In this document: positions 25,826 through 32,994 of the stretch, piece after piece | Layout of the letters: the number at the start of each line of letters is the position of its first letter | Numbering within the stretch: position 1 is the stretch's first letter | NCBI GenBank assembly: GCA_965200225.1 | Contig: CBDATM010000001.1 | Coordinates: 1,681,182-1,745,181, forward strand | DNA length: 64,000 bases | Direction of reading: 5' to 3' | DNA from: Gammaproteobacteria bacterium | GTDB taxonomy: Bacteria > Pseudomonadota > Gammaproteobacteria > Steroidobacterales > Foliamicaceae | The notes under the pieces: generated by a model | Databases searched by the model: none | The model's input: only the letters and a program-made list of their open reading frames with translations | Told to the model about the DNA's origin: nothing | Program-made: the position numbers and the translations under genes

Positions 25826-26547
25826 TACCCGGGTCGCTTCATGAGTTCGTCTTCCTCCTGGAAGCGGTGGAATGTCAGCACATCCTGCTCCAGTTCCCCG
25901 AACAGGGCGCGATATTCCATGCCGGACGACACCACGGTGGGCGGTCCTTCGCACCATATGATGCCGTTCAGCCCGATCACGCGGTCGGTGGCGCGCATCA
26001 CCACATGCAGATCGTGGCTGATCATCAACACTCCGCAGTTCAGCCGGGTGCGGAAATCCTCAACCAGCCCGTAGAGCGCTGCAATTCCCGGCTGGTCCAG
26101 CCCCTGCGCCGGTTCGTCCAGCATCAGCAGATGCGGTTTGGCCAGCAATGCGCGCGCCAGCAGCACGCGTTGAAACTGTCCGCCGGAAAGCTCCGTCATC
26201 TGCTGTTCGGCAACGTCGGGCACGCCTGTTTCGGCGAGCGTGTGCTCGATTTCGGCCTGATTGCGCCGGGCGCCAAGACGCAGAAAGCGACGGACCGTGA
26301 GCGGCAATGTGGTGTCCAGATGCAGACGCTGCGGCACATAGCCGATGCGCAGGCCATGCGCTCGTTCGACGCGGCCCTGCTGCACCGCTATGGCGCCGAT
26401 CATCGCGCGCAGCAGCGTGGTCTTGCCGGCGCCGTTCGGGCCCACCACCGTTACGATTTCTCCGCGCTCGACGCGCAGATCGATGTCGAACAGCACCAGA
26501 CGCTCGTTCAGGCGCACCGACAGCGAGTGAGCGGCAATCAGGCTCAT
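25825..26547 (-). CDS. znuC: Zinc ABC transporter ATP-binding protein
   Basis: 240 aa. Walker A GPNGAGKTT, signature LSGGQFQRVLLARAL, Walker B LLMLDEPAQGLD. The gene is divergent from znuA. Confidence 0.85.
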   Translation of the reverse strand: MSLIAAHSLSVRLNERLVLFDIDLRVERGEIVTVVGPNGAGKTTLLRAMIGAIAVQQGRVERAHGLRIGYVPQRLHLDTTLPLTVRRFLRLGARRNQAEIEHTLAETGVPDVAEQQMTELSGGQFQRVLLARALLAKPHLLMLDEPAQGLDQPGIAALYGLVEDFRTRLNCGVLMISHDLHVVMRATDRVIGLNGIIWCEGPPTVVSSGMEYRALFGELEQDVLTFHRFQEEDELMKRPG

Positions 26548-26621
26548 GAAGCGGAATGATAGGGGAAACGCCGGGTGATACTATCCGTGCTTCCTGCTTA
26601 CGGTTCTCTGTCAGATTCTCC

Positions 26622-27563
26622 ATGCGTCTTCGTTTCTCGGCAATCCTCTCCTGCATGCTTGTCCTCACGTTGGCTACGCCTGCTCATGCCGTGCGGGTGG
26701 TTACCGATTTCCCCCCGGTCCATTCGCTGGTTGCACGTGTGATGAAGGATCTCGGCACGCCGGAGTTCATTGTGCCTCCGGGCGTTTCTCCGCACCATTA
26801 CGCCATGCGGCCGTCTCAGGCGCGCACCCTTGCCAGAGCCGAAGTCATCTTCTGGGTGGGCGAGTCGCTGGCGCCGTGGTTTGGAAGGGCGATTGAAGGT
26901 TTGGCCGAAGACGCTCGCAGCGTGGAACTCATGGACGCGCCCGGAGTGATGCTGCTGGATTTTCCCGAGCGCGGCGGCAGGACGGGGCGCGAGGATCGGC
27001 ATGGGGATTCGCACTCGCATTCGCACTCGCATTCGCACGAAGGAGCGGACCCGCATATCTGGCTCGATCCTGAAAACGCCAAGGCAATATTGCTTGTCGT
27101 GGCGGAAACGCTGGCTCAGGCTGATCCTGAAAACAAGGCTGCTTATCTCGCCAACGCGGCAGCCGGCACCGCCGAACTGGATGCGCTCATGCGCCAGACC
27201 GAGGAAATTCTGGCGCCGGCGCGCGGCGGAGCCTTCGTTACCGCGCATGATGCCTATCAGTATTTCGAGCGCCGTTTTGCGTTTTCTTCTGCCGGCGCAG
27301 TGGCGAGTGGAGATGCGGAATCGCCGACGCCGGCCAGAATGGCGCGTATTCAGCGGACGATTCGCGAACAGAATGTGCAGTGCGCATTCATCGAACCGCA
27401 ACTGGATGACAGGCTGCTTCGGGCTGCTGCCGAAGGATCCAGCGCCCGCATCGGCGTGCTGGACCCGACCGGCGAAAGGCTGGAGCCCGGGCTTTCCCTC
27501 TATCCCGCGCTGATCAAGGGGCTGGCCCGCGATCTGGCAAGCTGCCTCTCCGTTGCCGAGTGA
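26622..27563 (+). CDS. znuA: Periplasmic zinc-binding protein with His-rich loop
   Basis: The ORF is open from 26556. Met at 26622 gives the signal peptide MRLRFSAILSCMLVLTLATPAHA. The His-rich loop is GREDRHGDSHSHSHSHSHEGADPHIWLDP. The cluster-9 SBP motif AHDAYQYFERRF is present. Confidence 0.85.
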   Translation: MRLRFSAILSCMLVLTLATPAHAVRVVTDFPPVHSLVARVMKDLGTPEFIVPPGVSPHHYAMRPSQARTLARAEVIFWVGESLAPWFGRAIEGLAEDARSVELMDAPGVMLLDFPERGGRTGREDRHGDSHSHSHSHSHEGADPHIWLDPENAKAILLVVAETLAQADPENKAAYLANAAAGTAELDALMRQTEEILAPARGGAFVTAHDAYQYFERRFAFSSAGAVASGDAESPTPARMARIQRTIREQNVQCAFIEPQLDDRLLRAAAEGSSARIGVLDPTGERLEPGLSLYPALIKGLARDLASCLSVAE

Positions 27564-27566
27564 GCC

Positions 27567-27615
27567 TGCAAGCCGGCGCGCGAATGACCTTGCATGCTGG
27601 CGCGCGAATGACCTT
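27567..27615. repeat. 24-bp tandem duplication in the znuA-receptor intergenic region
   Basis: TGCA(A/T)GC(C/T)GGCGCGCGAATGACCTT occurs twice. The 17-nt core GGCGCGCGAATGACCTT lies at 27575-27591 and 27599-27615. The repeat ends 19 nt before ATG 27634. Confidence 0.8.
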
Positions 27616-27633
27616 CTGATTCTCTATCAGTTC

Positions 27634-30330
27634 ATGACCAGAGTGCTTGTCCTGGGCGCCGCGGCGCTGGTGGCCGTCTTCGCTGATGCCGTCTTCGCTG
27701 ATGCCTCTGTCGGCGTCGCGGCTGCGGCCGAACCCGACGTGATCGAAGAGATCGTGGTAACGGCTGGCACTGGCAGCCGTATCGTGCGCCAGGAAGATTC
27801 GCCTTCGCCACTTTCGGTCTACGACAGCCAGAACTTGCAGGATTCGGGGCTGAAGGACATTCGGGACCTCGTAGGCGCCCTGGCGATCAATGCCGGCGCC
27901 GAAAACAACTCCGACAACCTGACCCAGAACTTCACCGTCGGCACCGCCAATATCAACTTGCGCGGGCTCGGCGTGGCGTCCACGCTGGTATTGCTGAATG
28001 GCAGAAGGCAGGTTGTGTCTGCCGCGCAAACCGACGACGGCTCCAGTTTTGTGGACCTCGCGGCCCTGGTGCCCATGCTCGCGGTTGAGCGGGTGGAAAT
28101 ACTCCGGGCCGGCGCCGCTGCGATTTACGGCTCGGAAGCCGTCGCGGGAGTGGCTAACTTCATCACCCGGCGCGGCTTTCAAGGACTGGAGTTTCAGGCG
28201 GAATACCGCAGCCGCGCGGGTAATGGCTCGCAGAACGACGTTACGCTGGATGGCGTGGTCGGTGGGCAGTTCGGCGGTGGCGCCGGCGAGTTCCTGGCGG
28301 CCGCAAGCTATCTGGACCGCAGCAGCCTGGTGTTGATCGAAGTAGATTGGCTGCGGCCGGCCACCAGCGGTTTTGGCCATCCGGGCAGCTTCAATGTGCC
28401 CTCGCTAGCGCGCACCCTGGCCGACCCCGGTTGCGAGGATTACGAGGGCTTGTTGCAGGAATTGCCGGGCGACAGCACCATCTGCCGCTTCGATTACGGC
28501 CCGCAATTGACAGCGGTGCCCAACGAAAAACGTTTGCAGACCTGGGGGCGCGTGGATTGGCGTATCGGCGAGACAGGGAGTTTCTGGGCCGAACTCGGCT
28601 ACGCGAGCAACGACATCAACCGCGACGTGTCGCCGAGCTTTCCGGTTTTGAGCACGCCGCTGATTCCGGCCTACCACCCGGGCAATCCGTTTGGCGAAGA
28701 CGTTTTCTTTCAGGGCCGTCCCTATGGTTACGGGGAACCGCCGGAAATCAATTTCTACCAGCACGACACCGTTCGTCTGGCCGTGGGCGTGGAGGGCCGG
28801 TTTTCGCCCGCTGTCGCATGGAATGTTTCCGCGGTGCGCGCGGGGAACGATGCGCTGCTCAACCCGCGGGATGTGATTGCCGACAACTTTCAGGCCGCCC
28901 TGTCGGGATTTGGCGGCGGCGCCTGCAATGCGGGGACGGCTGCGCCGGAGAACGCCGGCAGGGACGGGTGCCTGTTCTTCAATCCTTTCAGTTCGAGCTT
29001 CAGCGCACAGCCGGGCGAGCCCCTTCACAACGCCGCGGAACTGCGCGACTTCATCATCGGCGACTACCTGGGCGATGGGAAGTCGCGGCTCACGACGCTG
29101 GAGGCCAATGTGACGGGCGTGCTGCCCTGGCGCAGCGCGAGCTATGCGGTGGGCGTGCAGTATCGGGACCGCTCTCTGAATTACAGCTACGACGACATTA
29201 CCCGCCGGGATGGCTTCGCCTTCCTGATCGGCAACCCGGACTTCACGGCGGATGACGACGTACGCGCCGCCTACGGCGAGCTCTGGCTGCCCCTTTCCGG
29301 GCGCCTGGAGATGACCGCCGCCATGCGTTACGAAGATTATCGAGGCAGCGCCAGGGACACCCTCGATCCCAAGCTCGCCTTGCTGTTTCGTGCCACCGAT
29401 TCGATTGCGCTGCGCGGCTCCTTCAGCACATCGTTTCGCTCGCCGTCCCCCTTCCAGACACTCGGGGCGCAAACCAACTTTTCGAACATCATCGATTACG
29501 ACGGGTCGAGGACCTTTGCGGGTCGGCGTACCCTGGGCGATCCGAATCTGAAACCGGAGACATCCCGCGCGTTCAATATCGGAGTGACCTGGCAGCGCGG
29601 CGACGACCTTGCATTCAATGCCGACTACTGGCGCTATTCGTTCGAGGATGTGCTGCGCAAGGAAAACGCCCAGGCCATCGTGAACGCGGACCCCTTCGAC
29701 CCGCGCATCGAACGAACCGCCGCGGGTACGATTTCCATCGTAAACGTTGCGTTCATCAACGCCGACCGGATCGAAACCAGCGGCCTGGACCTGTCGGTTC
29801 GCGCTCGCGTGAACATGCGCGGCGGGCTTCTTGAAGTGTGGGGAGAAGCAACTTGGCTGAGCCGCTACGACGTGACCAACGCCGGAGTGTCCGTCGACGC
29901 GCTGGGCAAGCTCAACCGCGCCAACCTTGGCGTGCCGAACCAGCGCTTCAGGGCTACCGGCGGCGCTTCCTGGTCCCGCAACGCGATGCAGCTTACCGGG
30001 CTTGTCACGCACGTAGGACGCTATGAGGACGATGCCGGCGGCGCCATCAACAGCTTTACCACGCTGGACCTGAATCTCCGCTGGACGCTGGACGCACTTG
30101 TGCGCGGCAGCAGCGGCAGCCGCATCGGCACTGGCATTCGCAGCAACAGCGCCATCGGCAGCAACAGCAACAGCAACGGCCGTATCGACAGCGGCATTTT
30201 CCTTACCTTGGGCGTGGCCAACCTGCTGGCCGAAGACCCGCCCTTCGTGAATATCGCCGGCAGCTACGATCCACGCTCCGCCGACCCGCGCGGCCGGCGA
30301 GTGTTTCTGTCGCTCCGATTCACGCGGTAG
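27634..30330 (+). CDS. TonB-dependent outer-membrane receptor (next to znuA; ZnuD-like by context only)
   Basis: The ORF is open from 27553. Met at 27634 gives the signal peptide MTRVLVLGAAALVAVFADA. The plug domain shows IEEIVVTAGTGSRI...LSVYDSQNL...VEILRAGAAAIYGSEAVAGVANFITR. The C-terminus is FLSLRFTR. Confidence 0.85.
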   Translation: MTRVLVLGAAALVAVFADAVFADASVGVAAAAEPDVIEEIVVTAGTGSRIVRQEDSPSPLSVYDSQNLQDSGLKDIRDLVGALAINAGAENNSDNLTQNFTVGTANINLRGLGVASTLVLLNGRRQVVSAAQTDDGSSFVDLAALVPMLAVERVEILRAGAAAIYGSEAVAGVANFITRRGFQGLEFQAEYRSRAGNGSQNDVTLDGVVGGQFGGGAGEFLAAASYLDRSSLVLIEVDWLRPATSGFGHPGSFNVPSLARTLADPGCEDYEGLLQELPGDSTICRFDYGPQLTAVPNEKRLQTWGRVDWRIGETGSFWAELGYASNDINRDVSPSFPVLSTPLIPAYHPGNPFGEDVFFQGRPYGYGEPPEINFYQHDTVRLAVGVEGRFSPAVAWNVSAVRAGNDALLNPRDVIADNFQAALSGFGGGACNAGTAAPENAGRDGCLFFNPFSSSFSAQPGEPLHNAAELRDFIIGDYLGDGKSRLTTLEANVTGVLPWRSASYAVGVQYRDRSLNYSYDDITRRDGFAFLIGNPDFTADDDVRAAYGELWLPLSGRLEMTAAMRYEDYRGSARDTLDPKLALLFRATDSIALRGSFSTSFRSPSPFQTLGAQTNFSNIIDYDGSRTFAGRRTLGDPNLKPETSRAFNIGVTWQRGDDLAFNADYWRYSFEDVLRKENAQAIVNADPFDPRIERTAAGTISIVNVAFINADRIETSGLDLSVRARVNMRGGLLEVWGEATWLSRYDVTNAGVSVDALGKLNRANLGVPNQRFRATGGASWSRNAMQLTGLVTHVGRYEDDAGGAINSFTTLDLNLRWTLDALVRGSSGSRIGTGIRSNSAIGSNSNSNGRIDSGIFLTLGVANLLAEDPPFVNIAGSYDPRSADPRGRRVFLSLRFTR

Positions 30331-30517
30331 CGTTATGTGGCTTGCAGCCAAGCCGCTGCCTTGAGTCGCAGTTTCCACGGATAGCAGATGGCATACGCAT
30401 GATGACTGCCCACGATTTTGATCGAAGTCTTGCCCATCGGGCGTAGAGCCAGCAGACACGTAGCAACGCGGGATTCAGCCGCAGGCACATCGGCGGCAAA
30501 CGAAAATCCCCAACCGT

Positions 30518-32473
30518 TCATCGGTACCCCGCCTCCCAGCACAGCCCGTCAATCGCGATGTCGTAGTCCATACGCTCCCCGCCCCAGCCGCAGCGAGCCG
30601 TGCCGGCATCAATGTCCAGCCCCCGCGCCGCGTTGAACGCCGCCAGCGCCTCTCCGCCAGGGGAGGGCACCCTGTCTTCGACCTCGCTCTCGACTTTGCC
30701 TTTATCTTTGCCCTGGTATTCGCCTTTCGCTTTCTCTTTTCCCTCGCTCTCACCCACGCCTCTGTCTTCTCCTGTACATTTCCTCTCACCCCCGCCTTCG
30801 CCCTTACATTTCCTCTCGCTCTCGCCCCCGCCTCCACAGAGACGTTTCCGCGGAAACGCCCCGGAACTGCGCAGAAACATCCCGGACCTCCGCGGAAATG
30901 CCCCAAGCGCCGTGCCCGCAGGCGGCAGAACCCGTCCATCCGGGCGCAAGAACTCGATCTCTCCCCCACGCACGCGAACCCCATAACCCCCTTCATGCAC
31001 CTGGCGATGATGAAACGAACACAAGGTCACCAGGTTGCCCAAGGCCGTCTCGCCCCCATCCGCCCAATGCCGGATGTGATGCGCATGCACATAGCGGGAA
31101 CGGTCACACCCCGGAAACCGACAGCCTCCATCGCGAACACGCAAAGCACGTCGGATCGCCGGCGGCACGGCCCGGGTACGCCGACCCACCGCCAGCGGTT
31201 CACCCTTGGCGCCTTTAACCACACCGACCAAGGCCCCATCGCAACTCAAACGCCGGGCCGTCTCCACCGCCACGCAGCCGCCGTGCTCGAATGACGCTCC
31301 GCTGCTCTCGGGCACATCGCACAACGCATCATGGGCGATATGCACCACCACCTCATGAGCGCCGTTGGCCGAGCCCGAGCACTTCCCGGCCAGGAACCCC
31401 TCAAGGATATGCCCCAGCGCATCCGCGCGCCTCTGGCTCACGCTGATACGAGGCGTTTCCGCGGAAACGCCTGACGCTGCCTTTCCACTACGTTGAGATT
31501 GTGCCGATTGCATTCCGTACGTTTCCGCGGAAACGTCGGCAGTCTCCGCATTCGAATTCGCCGCGCAGGCCTCGGCGGAAGTCCCAGCGTGCTCCGCGTC
31601 CCCAGAGCATTCGCCTCGTTCATCGCGTTCATCGCGCTCGTCACGTTTTCCCCGTCCGTCTCGTTCGTCCTGTTGGTCCCGTTCATCCAGTTCCGCCTGG
31701 GCCGCATCCAGCGCCTTGAGCAACATCTCCCCCAACTCAGCCGGCAAGCAAGCTTCCAACTTCACGCTGCCATCCGCTTCACGGCGACAGTCCAGATAGC
31801 GCCGCTCGTGCAACTCCCGGGCTTCGTTGCGCTCCAACTCGCGCTGCACCCGGCGAAAACCCCGTACCGTACGCTCCACATGCGCCGCCGTGCCATGCAA
31901 GGCAATGTTCAACAGAGAATCTTCTGTTTCTGCCGTGGCTACCCGGGTCACTGCCCGCACCTTGGAATAAGACAGCCGCCCTGCACTGAAGGCTTTCCTG
32001 ATCTTGGGCAGCGATTCCAAGGCCCTTGCCGTTCGCACCTTTTCCCGGGCTGCTCCCGAGCTGATGCCGCATTGCCAGTTCAGCCAGTGCGCGCAACTGG
32101 CCACGCCATGCTGAGCCCAGCCTTCCTTGCGGTCGAACTCCGCCAGCAGCGCCAGGAACTGCGCCGTGGCGGCGTTGATGGGCCCCCACAACTCGGTGAT
32201 CCGCGCTTCCAGCTTGTCGAGTTCGGCCTTTTCGCGAGTCCGTTCGGCCATCCACTCCTCGCTGCCCGGGCGGAACTGCCGCGCTTTGGGCGGTGAGGGA
32301 AGCGGGACTGGGGATGAGGCAGACGCGACAGGGGGTAAGACAGGTTCGACGGGCGGAAAATGAGGCTCCACAGCCCCAGCTACAGTTGAAGAAAGCTCGA
32401 CCGAATTCGGTTCAAGCGCCGGGCGCTGGGCATCGCAAACGGAGGCGTTGGGAGCGGTGCAATGAAGGTCCAT
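30518..32473 (-). CDS. DUF222 / HNH endonuclease family protein
   Basis: The start at MDLHCTAPN (32473) is preceded by AAAGGAG. The HNH motif is CRFPGCDRSRYVHAHHIRHWADGGETALGNLVTLCSFHHRQVHEGG. The DUF222-type N-terminal half shows LLAEFDRKEGWAQHGVASCAHWLNWQCGIS. There are acidic and basic low-complexity inserts. Confidence 0.8.
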   Translation of the reverse strand: MDLHCTAPNASVCDAQRPALEPNSVELSSTVAGAVEPHFPPVEPVLPPVASASSPVPLPSPPKARQFRPGSEEWMAERTREKAELDKLEARITELWGPINAATAQFLALLAEFDRKEGWAQHGVASCAHWLNWQCGISSGAAREKVRTARALESLPKIRKAFSAGRLSYSKVRAVTRVATAETEDSLLNIALHGTAAHVERTVRGFRRVQRELERNEARELHERRYLDCRREADGSVKLEACLPAELGEMLLKALDAAQAELDERDQQDERDGRGKRDERDERDERGECSGDAEHAGTSAEACAANSNAETADVSAETYGMQSAQSQRSGKAASGVSAETPRISVSQRRADALGHILEGFLAGKCSGSANGAHEVVVHIAHDALCDVPESSGASFEHGGCVAVETARRLSCDGALVGVVKGAKGEPLAVGRRTRAVPPAIRRALRVRDGGCRFPGCDRSRYVHAHHIRHWADGGETALGNLVTLCSFHHRQVHEGGYGVRVRGGEIEFLRPDGRVLPPAGTALGAFPRRSGMFLRSSGAFPRKRLCGGGGESERKCKGEGGGERKCTGEDRGVGESEGKEKAKGEYQGKDKGKVESEVEDRVPSPGGEALAAFNAARGLDIDAGTARCGWGGERMDYDIAIDGLCWEAGYR

Positions 32474-32994
32474 ATCGGGGCTCCTTTCAGTCCCTTGACA
32501 GAGTTTGAAATATAGCATGAATAGATAATAAAATCAATCTATTATGTGCTATTTTGCACTCTATTTTGATGCTGTTTTAGCGCTTTTTCCTTGTGCTTTT
32601 TGACGTGCTCTTTCACATGCTCATTCAGCGCACTTCCACGCGCATTTCCACGCGCACTTCCACGCGCACTTCGACGCGCATTCATGGTCCTTTTCTTGTG
32701 CCACTAACCGCTACCGAAGAGTGCCTCCAAGCAACTGGGGACTTTTACTTCGGCACAACTGGGGAAATTTACTTCGGCATTGACAGCAGCCGTTGCCGGG
32801 ACCAAATGCGAAGCCCCGCTACCGCTTGCCAAGTGCCATTTGGAGCCTTGTTCAGGCCAGCCGAATCCGGTCAGGCCCACATGTCCTGACCTGCACAGAC
32901 CCCGCACAAAGCCCGCACAGCAGGCGGCCTTCGGTGGTAGAATGGCGGCTGTTTGAAACGTGTTGCGCCGCCTGAGTCGCGGCGCATTTTCTGC

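Noticed and set aside
26548-26621. A Zur operator in the znuC/znuA divergent region, and Fur/Zur-like boxes near the precursor promoters (for example GAGATAATCG at ~12722).
   Set aside because: I could not see a palindrome resembling GAAATGTTATAWTATAACATTTC or GATAATGATAATCATTATC. The partial matches are too weak to call without a matrix search. The metal-regulation idea therefore rests on gene context only.
27005-27045. The hexanucleotide-like repeat (CACTCGCATTCG) encoding HSHSHSHSH in znuA as a phase-variation tract.
   Set aside because: His-rich loops are a normal feature of ZnuA proteins. The repeat is short and in frame, and there is no evidence of variability.
30100-30330. A Ser/Gly/Asn-rich insertion (RGSSGSRIGTGIRSNSAIGSNSNSNGRIDSG) and the non-aromatic C-terminus (..LRFTR) of the second TonB receptor as signs of a pseudogene.
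   Set aside because: The frame is intact through the last beta-strands, and a Phe lies at position -3. Low-complexity extracellular loops are common in these receptors. The features were noted but are not enough to call the gene defective.
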